From the NCBI RefSeq assembly GCF_024521635.1, contig NW_026250440.1, forward strand, positions 124,001-188,000: DNA of 64,000 bases, in the 5' to 3' direction. Below are positions 1 through 10,595 of the stretch, in pieces. Below the pieces are notes generated by a model. It was not told the DNA's origin. It saw only the letters and a list, made by a program, of their open reading frames with translations, and did no database searches. The DNA comes from Tricharina praecox. Lineage: Eukaryota. The translations under genes and the position numbers were made by a program. The first letter of the stretch is position 1. The number at the start of each line of letters is the position of its first letter.

Positions 1-902
1 GCCTGGTGCACCAAATACACCACTGACAGCGCTCCCAGACACCGGCGCCTGGCTGCACCACATGGTGATGTACTCGCGGTCGACAGGAAAGGCGGACGTC
101 GTCTGTGGCGGCAGCTTGGGCCTGATGCCACGACGAATCTTTGCCTCTGGCAACGAGCGCACCGTCAAGCGTCTGAACAGCAAGTCGAAGAACGGCGTCT
201 TCATCGGCGCGGCAGATCGCATGTCCCTGATCGTCGAACTCATGAACGAGGCTGCCGAGTCGAAGACGCTGTACCTCACCATGACCTACGAATACGTGAC
301 CGATCTGGGATACAAGGATTCGCCGTTGATCTGGTGAGCAGTGCAGCGCCGCCCACCCCTCCTCCCCATCGGTAGCTACACACTAACCGTCCCTCCAGGC
401 TCGACGCAACCGGCTGCGGCACTAGTGACGTAGCGGCAAAAGAAGGGTATTACGAGCTGCGCTCTCCCGCGTGGAAGTCTACCGTTTCCGGCACGCTGCT
501 GCTAGCAGACGGACACGTTCACGACGGCGGCGTGCGCGTAACCTTCTACAAGAACGGGCAGCAGATCTGCAATTCTGAGCAGCTGTACGGGATGACGTCT
601 GCGTACCAGGAGGCTGAGGGCAGCGGACACGCCGGCCATGGCGCCGCCGCCGGAGGCGCAACGATGCAGCATATCTCGAACTCGGGGCTGTGCGCGGATT
701 TTGGAACGGTTGCCGTGGGTGATGAGCTTGTTGCTGTTTCTGCGTATAATACTACCAGGTATCCCCTGCAGATTCATAATGGAGAGGCGCATCCGGTTAT
801 GGTAGGTTCTTGAATTCCTGGGTAGAGGTGGGCGGAAGTAGGTGGATGTACAGAAAACTGACGGGTACCCGATAGGGTATTGGCAATATCTATGTCGGTT
901 GA
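1..902 (+). CDS. 3' part of a conserved fungal hypothetical protein (His-rich, possibly SURNod19/PHM-like fold); 5' end lies outside the window
   Basis: ORFs 62..337 and 532..813 are joined by intron 334..398 (GTGAGC...CTAAC...CAG). Intron 802..875 leads to GIGNIYVG*. Motifs WLHHM, GHVHDGG and HPVMG are present; the family assignment is from memory. Confidence 0.6.
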
Positions 903-1413
903 GCACCACGAGGCCGGATGAAGCCGGAGTACTGTATTCAGTTAAGGGGATTGGGTGGTGGCGGGAGTGGTGGAAGGTGGTTGTATGTACACTACATACA
1001 GTATATATGCGGAGTACTTATCGCACCGTGCTCCTCCCGTCGTGCTCTGTTCTTTATATTTCGCATGTCTAGTCGAGACCCTCGGAATGTGATGCATCCA
1101 TCCACTGAGCGTAGCTGCGTAGTTTCTGCCAAATATCGAAACCACAAACAATCGAGATCCACGCGAGTGAACGACCATGAAGATCGCTCAACGTAGCTTT
1201 GTGACGATTCATCTGTGTGTTAAATAGAGTGCCGTAGTGGTTGAAGTCAAGTGAAGGTCTCTCTCCACCGTAATGGGCAGTTAGGTAGGTAGTATGCACT
1301 GAACATGTCAGCCACAGCACACCTCTCAGTGACCTCTGACTTGACCATCTTCCTTCATCCCTCGCAAATAGCCAGGGCGACAACGAAAGACGTAGACCGT
1401 AGACGTAGTTTTT

Positions 1414-1664
1414 GTTCGCATCAACTGGAGGCAGTGCAATACCAGTGGCACAGTGGGAGTCGACATGCGCAAGCACAGCGGCCAGCTCCCGGACTTCAAA
1501 AATAAGATTAATATTAGAACCGATATATAATCGGATTTCAGATATTAAACTGAAAAGAACAGATACTACACTTGATCTAAGCCAAAAGGCTGTAGAAGGG
1601 GGACTGTTAGCAAGATATTCGATGCTGAATGTTGGGGGATGGGGGAGACGTACCAAAGAGAGCT
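1414..1664 (-). ncRNA. U2: U2 snRNA gene, copy 1, with spliceosomal intron 1590..1653
   Basis: Reverse strand reads AGCTCTCTTTG|intron|CCTTTTGGCTTAGATCAAGTGTAGTATCTGTTCTTTTCAGTTTAATATCTGAAA. Sm site TATTTTTG, loop IV ATTGCAC, TATA box at 1700..1706. Confidence 0.93.
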
Positions 1665-2464
1665 AAAGAGAAAAGAAGAGGAGAGGGGGAAACGGGGCGT
1701 TATATAGTTGTTGGAGGGGCACTAGCCTCGTCGGTGTGTGGCTGCTGCTTCATAGGTCTTAGGGCTAAGGGCTGTGCTTTGGTTTCGCCGTTCGGTATTT
1801 GGCTGTTCGCGATCGTAATGTGATCTTCTGGCTGTCTTTCGGTCCCGCCGATCTCGCCTCGTGCACTGTCAAAGGGGTCCTTTGGTTTTTCTGTTTCTGT
1901 TTCAACATGATGCGTTCGACCTATGCGCTATACATACCTTACTTCCTCTGTAGATCACTGCATACAGTACGCATTTTGTTCACTCTGGACCTGAGTTCGG
2001 CATAGTACAACTAGCTGCCCTAGGTACCCTACCGTAGTGGCTGAAGTCATTCAGACCACTATTTGATGTAGTAATGTCGAGATAGTGTGAACTCGGCGGG
2101 AATTATGAATGTAAATAGCACGGTATTGTTTGGTCTGTATATAACCGAAGCAGAAACTGATATGTATTCGCCACTCTGGCGCCGCCACCATTCGGCAAGT
2201 TTATTCCAACCTCTTAGCGCCTGTCCTTATCAACCAGTAGATACGGTACCTATCATACCACCACCACAACTTTCGTGATGACAATGTACGACTGACTCAC
2301 TGGAAAGCGTGAAGGAAGGGTAGTGATGTCAATCAACTAACTACTGGACAATCGTGTAGAATTCGAAGAAACAGATGAAATTCACTCGTGAGGCTGCACC
2401 CCTGCCTGAACCAAGACCTCCGCCTGTCCGTATACTTCCTAGCCCACCGCTTTCTCCGTGCAAC

Positions 2465-3003
2465 AATAATAGAGAGTTTGCGCTTTGCGTCTAGACGCAA
2501 ATTTAGCCTGGGTTTCACTTAATCGTTGTGAGTTCGTCTAGAGAGTTTGCGCAGTTGCTCAAAAGATCGACAGATCAACGGTGTGCCAACTAAGGCAGCA
2601 ACACGTCTCGTTGGGGTTCTTCAATTCGATTTTCTGCGTATACTTCTTATAGTAAATCCAGCCGTATCGCGAGTTCATTGATTTCACGTCTTTTTGGCTT
2701 TCCAATTTTCATCTGGAAGCGTGCCTATCCAACCTTATCCTTTCGGTCTTTGGGTGGCATCCGACTCTTTTTTTCTGGGTTCCAAGCAATATCCTATGCA
2801 CAATTTGAGCATGACGGCATTCTAATTCTCGTTGACGGTGAATATGGGACGCGACGACGGTTCATGGTGGTTATTGGTGGTTATTGGTGGAAGGCTGGAT
2901 TTGCGTCTGGACAAAACGCAAATTTCCGGGTCCAGAGCGCCAAGAAAACTGGGTCACAGCCTGGTTTTTGCGTCTAGATGCAAAGCGCAAACTCTCTATT
3001 ATT
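2465..3003. mobile_element. MITE-like non-autonomous DNA element with ~37-bp terminal inverted repeats
   Basis: 2465..2501 AATAATAGAGAGTTTGCGCTTTGCGTCTAGACGCAAA is the reverse complement of 2967..3003 with 1 mismatch. No convincing internal ORF. Confidence 0.75.
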
Positions 3004-3304
3004 CAAATATTCTGGCAATGCCCTTTCATCGAATGTCGGTGGGTGTCGGTCCTCTCCCTTGTCTCCCTCGACTCTCTACTTTAGAGCAGACACCCGGGTT
3101 CTGCCAAGGGAACGACTCACGGGATGACTCCGGGTGTACCTTGCGGCTTGCGGCCTGCATCGGCTGGCGGCGGATGTCATGACGTACGACAACAGCTCCC
3201 CAATGGCTCCCGAACACAGCATTTACATTCATACCGTATCTTGATAAATATCTTCCACTTACCCTCACCGCTCTGCAAAGCCGGGATATCTTGCCAACGC
3301 CGCA

Positions 3305-4645
3305 ATGACCGACTTCTTGATTCCAGATCCACACACCTACCATCACGGCCTCAGCTCGCACTTCGAGTCCGAATCGATCCCGCACTCCCTTCCCACCGCG
3401 CGGAACAGCCCGCAGAAGCCACCCTACGGCCTTTACGCCGAAAAGCTCTCTGGCAGTGCCTTCACCGCGCCTCGCCATCTCAACAAGCAAACCTGGCTGT
3501 ACCGAATCCTTCCATCGGCCTCGCACATCCCCTTCACCATCTGCGAGTCCCCCAACGCCCTCGAAGCAGAATGCCGGCAAATCCCCAATCAGCTCCGCTG
3601 GGACCCTTTCGACGTCGATGATTCCGCCACGTTTATCAGCGGCCTGCGACTCCTCGGGTCCGCAGGCGACATCCCAACAAAGAACGGCTTGGGCATCTAC
3701 GTCTACACCTGCGGCCGCAGCATGCCCGACACCGAGGCGTTCTACAGCGCCGACGGGGACATGTTGATAGTCCCGCAGGCGGGAACTCTAGACGTGCGCA
3801 CGGAGCTCGGGCGACTGTTGGTACGGCCGATGGAGATTCTCGTCGTGCCGCGGGGAATCCGGTACAATGTTGCGCTGCACGAGCCGCGCGAGAGCGAGGG
3901 GGCGAGGGGGTACATCCTCGAGACATGGACGACGGGACACTTTGAGCTCCCCGAGCTGGGGCCGATCGGTAGCAATGGCCTGGCCAATGCGAGGGACTTC
4001 CAGATCCCGACTGCAGCGTACATCGACTCCACCGCGACGCACACCATCATGGCGAAGTTCAACGGGAAGCTGTTCCGTGCTTCGCAGAACCACAGTCCGT
4101 TCGATGTGGTGGCGTGGCATGGAAACTACTACCCGTTCAAGTACGACCTGGGAAGGTTCAACACCATCGGCAGTATTTCCTACGACCATCCGGACCCGAG
4201 CATCTTCACCGTGTTGACGGTGCAGTCGGCGGTTCCCGGGACCGCGGTAGCGGATTTTGTCATTTTCCCGCCGAGGTGGTTGGTCGGCGAGGATACGTTC
4301 CGCCCGCCATGGTTCCATAGGAATTGTATGAGCGAGTTTATGGGGTTGATCGACGGCGACTACGATGCTAAAACATCCGGTGGATTCGTACCAGGTGGGG
4401 CGAGTTTGCATAACGTGATGGCCGGACATGGGCCAGATGCTGGCACGGCGGAGAGGGCGAGTGAGTGCGAACTGAAGCCGCAAAAGGTCGGCGCCGGGAG
4501 TATGGCGTTCATGTTCGAGAGCTCGTTTATGATTGGCGTCAGCGAGTGGGCGTTGGCAGGGTGTAGGAAGGTCCAGGAGGAGTATAACGTAGAGAGTTGG
4601 ACGGGGGTGAAGAGGAGGTTCAAGGCTCCTGGGGCAGGGACATAG
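3305..4645 (+). CDS. hmgA: homogentisate 1,2-dioxygenase (intronless)
   Basis: 446-aa ORF with [46 protein letters not shown] and [15 protein letters not shown] motifs. Confidence 0.97.
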   Translation: MTDFLIPDPHTYHHGLSSHFESESIPHSLPTARNSPQKPPYGLYAEKLSGSAFTAPRHLNKQTWLYRILPSASHIPFTICESPNALEAECRQIPNQLRWDPFDVDDSATFISGLRLLGSAGDIPTKNGLGIYVYTCGRSMPDTEAFYSADGDMLIVPQAGTLDVRTELGRLLVRPMEILVVPRGIRYNVALHEPRESEGARGYILETWTTGHFELPELGPIGSNGLANARDFQIPTAAYIDSTATHTIMAKFNGKLFRASQNHSPFDVVAWHGNYYPFKYDLGRFNTIGSISYDHPDPSIFTVLTVQSAVPGTAVADFVIFPPRWLVGEDTFRPPWFHRNCMSEFMGLIDGDYDAKTSGGFVPGGASLHNVMAGHGPDAGTAERASECELKPQKVGAGSMAFMFESSFMIGVSEWALAGCRKVQEEYNVESWTGVKRRFKAPGAGT

Positions 4646-4908
4646 TATCACGTGCACTATAAATAGATGTTGCTGAACAATGTATCGTCAAACTATGCAC
4701 CTAGCAGCGCATCACAGCAATACGATGGTGAAGCCGAGAGTGTTCTCGAGTCTCCGGCAACAGCACTATCTAGTATTCGATCTTGAAGGAATGAGATGAT
4801 CACGAAGTTTAAGATGTATGTTGTCGTCGTTGGGATCAGTGGGATCACTGGCTCGGTGTGGCATCCCATCTCCCATGATTCCGCCTAGGCCTGGGTACAC
4901 CTTTCACC

Positions 4909-5154
4909 TTTTTTTTTTCATTCATTGATTGCATGCGACCTATCTAGATCATGCCAATATCGTCTACCCGTGCATCCCCCCGTTTCCACGCCACTGGCCA
5001 ACCCAACTTTCATCAGGCGGCCCGATGTGGCTTCCCCTGCCCTCCGCTCTGACCATTCCCGACAATATGTGAGCGCACCAAACAGAGGCAGAGCTAGGAA
5101 AACGATCGTTCCCCCGCCACGTCCGCCCCCACCGCTCGCTCCGCCCCCTCACCC
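4909..5154 (-). mobile_element. 5'-truncated non-LTR retroelement (LINE 3' end or SINE), copy A
   Basis: Poly-T at 4909..4918 (A tail on the minus strand). Flanked by a perfect 14-bp direct repeat GTACACCTTTCACC at 4895..4908 and 5155..5168. Homologous to 10441, 15520 and 53571. Confidence 0.8.
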
Positions 5155-5536
5155 GTACACCTTTCACCATTTCCCCAACCAATCCACGAACAGCTCTTTA
5201 ACGAGTGATATATAATGTACCCCAGGTGTGGAGAGAGGAGAGGAGAGGGCGCTGGTTGCAGTGTGCCGAACTCGGGTCCGGAGTGAACGAGATGCGTACT
5301 GTATGACATGACCTACATACAAGGTAGGTCGGATGGATTATGTCGAAGCAGCTGTTAGTGAGCAAAGGACCCCTCCCGGCTCCGATGGTGCACAAGGCGT
5401 GATCGGCGGGATCGAAAGACAGACGTTACGATCGGGAGCAGCGGCGAAACAAAAGCCCAGACCTCAGCCCTGCGCCCTAGCAGCGGCGAAAGCTCGAACG
5501 GCGAAAGCTCGACGAGGCTAGTGCCTCTCCAACAAC

Positions 5537-5543
5537 TATATAA
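5537..5543 (+). promoter_or_regulatory. TATA box of U2 copy 2 (conserved in all four copies)
   Basis: TATATAA about 40 nt upstream of the predicted U2 start. Equivalent boxes at 16037..16043 (+), 1700..1706 (-) and 28137..28143 (-). Confidence 0.7.
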
Positions 5544-5579
5544 TGACCCGTTCCCCCCCGCTCCTCTTCTTTTCTCTTT

Positions 5580-5832
5580 AGCTCTCTTTGGTACGTCTTC
5601 CTCGCCCCCAACATTCAGCATCACCGAATATCCTACTAACAATTTTCCTTCTACAGCCTTTTGGCTTAGATCAAGTGTAGTATCTGTTCTTTTCAGTTTA
5701 ATATCTGGAAGCCGATTACATATCGGTTCTTATATTAATCTTATTTTTGAAGTTAGGGAGCTGGCCGCTGTGCTTGTGCATGTCGGCTCCCACTGTGTCA
5801 CTGGTATTACACTGCCTCCAGTTGATGCGAAC
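5580..5832 (+). ncRNA. U2: U2 snRNA gene, copy 2, with spliceosomal intron 5591..5656
   Basis: Exon 1 AGCTCTCTTTG, intron GTACGT...TACTAAC(5634..5640)...CTACAG. Exon 2 has the branch-recognition GTGTAGTA, stems IIa/IIb, Sm site and stems III/IV. Spliced length about 187 nt. Confidence 0.93.
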
Positions 5833-5898
5833 AAAATTCCGTCTTTCATTGTTGCTCTGGCTGTATGCGAGAGGACGAGGAAAGATGATCGTTTTCTG

Positions 5899-6190
5899 TT
5901 TGTGATTGGCGTTGTCAGCGAGTGGGCATTGGATGAGTGTAGGTTGGTCTAGGAGGTGTATAACGTAGAGAGTTGGATGGGGGTGAAGAGGAGGTTCTAG
6001 GCTCCTGGGGCGGGGTCGTAGTATCATACGTACAGTAAATAAATGTTGCTGAACATTATATGATAACATCAATGGAAGTGGAGAGTACTCTCCCGTCTCC
6101 GGCAGTAGCACCATCTAGATTCTAGTATTCGATCTTGAACAAATGAGATGATCACGGGTGTTCAGTATGTCGATATTTTGTCGTCGTTAG
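5899..6190 (+). pseudogene. degenerate duplicate of the hmgA 3' coding end plus 3' UTR
   Basis: Aligns to ~4526..4830 (for example TATAACGTAGAGAGTTGGA and GGGGGTGAAGAGGAGGTTC) but has acquired TAG stops. Confidence 0.85.
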
Positions 6191-6695
6191 CAGGAGTGGA
6201 GGATGATGCCGCATCGAAGAGGAGGAGAACCAATTCAGCTAGCTAGACACATGTTACCGGTATTGGAGTGAATATCCTTGTTGAGGTTACACAGCCGCTC
6301 TTCTTTTTCCTCTCCTTCAGCAAAGTTCATAGTGCTAACCCAAAGGCGCACATTTTATCCTCTTCTCTATCCATGGCCCAGATCACTGGCTCGGTGTGGA
6401 GTCTCCGTCTCCGCTCAGCACTGCGATCAGTACAGAAAAATGGTGCAAAAAAATGACGTGTTGACAACCTCGCACACCACATCACTATCAGTCACTCGGG
6501 TGCGTGAACCAGTTCGTGGCCATCACTATCCGGGTTCCGGAATGCATTTTAGCTCATCGCCTATCGCTTTCCGGCAGTACTCTGAGATTCACTCTCACTA
6601 ACTGATATCTACGGGAGAGCAAGACTGAGAGAGCTCGCTCGAGCTAGCTCAAAAACTCAAGTACTCCCCGCACCCGCCGCATGTTCCTCGGCCTC

Positions 6696-9418
6696 CTAAT
6701 CGAAGATGAGACGATCCAGCAACGGCGTCGAGAACGTCGCCTTCAAGTCCTCCAACTTCCACCCCTGCTTGTCTCCGATCTCCGCGAGCGACCGCTTGAA
6801 CTCGACGATCTCGTCTTTGTACGAGACCTCCTTCATATGGTCGACCCAGTCCTTTCCATCGACCTTCGTAGTCTCCCTGCGCACGCAGTGAGTGTTCAGC
6901 AAAGCAACGCGACTCCGCCAGTTACAGTAGACCATCGGTCAAAAGCCAAAAGAAGTGCACGCTGCAAACGTACCATTCCTTCGCCCAATGCGGGCGAACA
7001 TTCAGCTTCTCACCGTCGGGGCCCTTATAGCCCGTCCACACATTTGCCACGGTCTGTTTGAAGCCGTCCCAGATCTTCTTCTTATCCTCGACGGCGGGCA
7101 TATTGGTGATGACCTCGATCGACGCTGTGCCGAGGGTGTTCCCGCGCTGCGGCGCCATCACGACCGAAGAGTCCGCCATCACCCGCATCTCGAGCGCGAT
7201 CCGCGCAGATACGTTCGTGGAGTCAACGTACATCGCGCAGATCCCGTCCCACCATGCCCGCTGCACAGCCGTCCAGTCGCGCTTGGTGTGCGTGGCGTCC
7301 CCCGCCACCGATGGAATCGGGATCTCGACTTCGAAGTCGCCCACTCGCATGTTTTGGATCTTTTGTGCGCGCAGGCGAACCCAACATGTCAGTATGTTGC
7401 TGCGGAGGAATGGAGGGGGAAATGGTGAAGCGCTGGCTTACTCCGCGCCGGAAGTGCAGGGCGTTGATTAGTTGCGTTTTGACATTCTTGCGCGGCAGCG
7501 TCGCCATGGCCATCGTTCCTTGAGAGCATCGATTAGCTTGCTATGTAAACTAATACCAGGAATGTCTTTCTTCCTGGGCTCAATCGGGCCTCTGGAGTCT
7601 TCTTACCCATGATGAAAGCCTGTTTTCTGGGCGAAAGCCAGCGGAACACACGGCTTTGGTTCATGACTTCGCCGGCCCAAGAGGATGACCACTGGATAAA
7701 GGTTTCGACAGAGCCGGGGTAGTCCACGCAGCCAGAAGAGTCGGAGGTGTTATTCCTGGAGAATATCAAGAGAAAAAAGTAAGTACAAGCTAATTGCCTA
7801 GATCTTATGGAGGCTACTCCTACCAGATGTTCAAAAAGGCTTCCTTTTGGTATGGAAACCAAAACCACTAAGGCAGCACGATAAGTAAGTTATTGCGCCG
7901 GTGGCTTCAAATGTTTTGCATACCTCGCAGTAATAGTTATCCTCGGCATCACGGATGAACTGCTCGCGGGCAGCGGATAGTTGTTCCGGCTTATACTTGG
8001 CAAGCCTTTTCTGAAGCTCTTCGCAGCCTTTTGGGGGGAACACGTATTTGTCCGGAGGGGGAATGGCCAGTATCAAATCCCGTCGCGCTGGCTTGATCAT
8101 CGCATAGGTCAACTTGTCGACCTCTAGGGTGACATACGTTACGATGCCTACGGTGGTCTTGGTCAGCACTGTATGACTACTACCCAGTACGATGGCACGG
8201 CGGGGTGTAGTTACCCAGAAGCCCGAAACAGCCAGAAGCAACCTTCAAGAGCTCCGGGTCGGAGAGGACCTGTTTCTCGCCGTTCGCGTCGATGTACTCT
8301 ATCTGGCGCACGAGGTCGCTCAACGTCTTGTTCTGGATACCCGCGCCGTGGCAGATGGGGGCGTTGGATCCTCCGAATGTGATTCTGCCGCGTCATAGTA
8401 AGTACTAAGTAATAACAAAAAACATGAAGAGCTTTTCAAAGGGAACGGAATCACTAACTCGACCATGATGACATTGAGTGCAAGAGTCCACTCGCCCCAC
8501 TGCACCACCCAACGCCTAAAGTCCTCATTAGTGACGGCGGCGCCGAGTCTTACCAGAGCCTTATTAGGGTCCGTCGGGTTGACCGCCAGCTCGATTGTCT
8601 TGAATTCGTTGTCGCCATAATTCGGGGTTGCCTGGATTGACTCGGGATTGGGGAGCGTGTTGACGAGGCCCAGATTCAGCATCGAGATGAGGACCTGGTC
8701 GTTCTCGGAATACATGTTTGACCACGTGTGGCGATAGCCCGCCGCGCGCACCCTCTTCCCTTGAGCTTTGGCGGCGCGGACGATGGACTGCACCTCGGAC
8801 ACCTTTTTGGGCACGTAGGTGTCTTTCGGCGTGTTGGAAACCGTTTTTTCCCCAATTGGCAAATGCGACGTCCTCAGCAGCCTGAAGGAGATATCAGAAT
8901 CACTATCCAGGAGGGGGTGGGTAGGTTTAAACGTGACGAACACTGATAGCAACGGCATCCCCACGAAGCTTCTTCGACACTGTCATCATGCTGGCGTGTT
9001 CGAGGTGTTCGAAATGGCTGCGAGAAACCCCACTAACGGGAATTTCGAAAGTTTCCGTCGTTTTGGAACCCACGAGCTCCGACAGCGGTGTTCCGTACAC
9101 AAATTGGTCCAACTGGTCCCGCAAGGGGTCGCTGAGCTCCTCCCGGGCCTTCTGGTATTCCGGCTGGTCTTGCAGCGATCGCAAAACATCGCGCATGAAC
9201 TCCTCGGGGGTTTTTGGCTCAGGGATATAATAGGATGGCGGCGCTATATGGTCGTACCCATCGTGGGGACCAGGAGGCGGCGGTGCGGACCACTTGGGAG
9301 GGGGAGGAGTCACACTAATCGGGGCGTGTGCGAGGGCGAATCCGAGTCCTGGGAACTCCTTTTCGATGTCGTCGTCGTTGCGGATGTCATCTAAAATGCT
9401 TTTGTTGAGGCCGGACAT
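6696..9418 (-). CDS. FAD-linked oxidoreductase, D-arabinono-1,4-lactone/L-gulonolactone oxidase-like; multi-exon
   Basis: FAD-binding motif RVRAAGYRHTWS in ORF 8320..8964, C-terminal RPHWAKEW in ORF 6922..7350, several GT-AG introns between ORF pieces. First exon boundary uncertain. Confidence 0.75.
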
Positions 9419-9762
9419 GGTGGGGGTGGTGGTGCGGGCGGATCGATCTGTAGACTTGTGGAGAGATCAAAAAGTTGGACTTGCGAGATGGAGATGAGAG
9501 CTGCTATGGACGGGTGCTTTTGGGGATGGTTTTATATACGGCAAGCTGCGGAGTTCATGAGCGGTGTTCGCTCCTCCCTCTCATCGATCTTCAACCACCG
9601 TACCAAGTAATCCCCAGTCGCCAACATGCACTGGAGAAAGTAACTACCGTAGTTAGTTGCAATGCCGGATTGCCGCAGCTCAGCTCGACAGGCTGAGCTC
9701 GTAGCAGCTATGTATGTTTCAGCGGTGCAGGTTCCAGCGGTTTAGGTTCTAGCTGCATGCAT

Positions 9763-9840
9763 TGCTGTTTATGTACGGTCCACAGCTGAAGCCTACAGAT
9801 AAAAGCTGTTTATTTACAGTCCACAGCTGAATCCTACAGA
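9763..9840. repeat. short direct duplication (GCTGTTTAT.TAC.GTCCACAGCTGAA.CCTACAGA x2)
   Basis: Two near-identical ~36-bp units visible in the sequence. Confidence 0.7.
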
Positions 9841-10440
9841 CGATAGCTTACGTGCCTCACCGCTAGCAATCTCCATGTGATCCTACGCTGTGTTTTTTTA
9901 AGCGAAGGGGATACATAATGCCGCGATGAACGGACCATGAAACGTGGTTGGTCAATGGCTGTCTATCTAACCGGGTCTGCATACCCGCTAACGGGATATG
10001 CCCTGCATTGCATCAACTCCGCACTTAAGCGATCCTCACACCCGTCGATTACATCGCCGCAGGTCATCTGGCCCGCTCCCTTTCAGCTCCAGATTCATGT
10101 CTCAGTATATATCCGCGCACGCTTCCTCGGTTAGATCAACTTGGATGAGTGCTTTTTTTCCCCCGCGGTGGATCACTATGGATGGCTCATCACAACTATC
10201 TCGTTTCCATGAGCTAGGTTTCTTGCCGCGTACCTTCTAGATAGGCTGCATGCGAAATAAAACAGGAAGATCTCTCTCTTGCTGCGTACCGTGCAATACG
10301 ACTCTTTCAGCTGAGAATCAGCTCCTCGCCCCCGTTCACCTACTACTCTGGGTAGTTCGGTGACAAACGGAGGATGAAGAAGATGCCGCCAACCCACTGC
10401 AAGAGCACGAAGAGCAGGGCGGAAACGAGGGGGATGTGGT

Positions 10441-10595
10441 TCTTTTTTGTTTAATCATTAATTGCATGCGACCTTTCGAGATCATGGTAATATCAACCCG
10501 TACACACCCCCCGTTTCCACGCCACTGTCCAACCCAACTGTCACCGAGCGACCCGGCCCGATGTAGCTTTCCCTGCCCTCCACCCCGGCCTGTCC
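10441..10595 (-). mobile_element. non-LTR retroelement 3' remnant, copy B
   Basis: T-rich tail followed by AATTGCATGCGACC...AGATCATG...CCCGTTTCCACGCCACTG, shared with copies A and C. Confidence 0.75.

Noticed and set aside
1069..1666. Repeated ORFs such as ...PSTAFWLRSSVVSVLFSLISEIR... at 1069, 5521, 16021 and 27965
   Set aside because: They are incidental translations of the conserved U2 snRNA sequence; their starts and ends are not conserved.
3788..4657. Long antisense or alternative-frame ORFs over hmgA, and similarly over RPB5, MET13 and the ankyrin gene
   Set aside because: Expected shadows of GC-rich codon usage in real genes.
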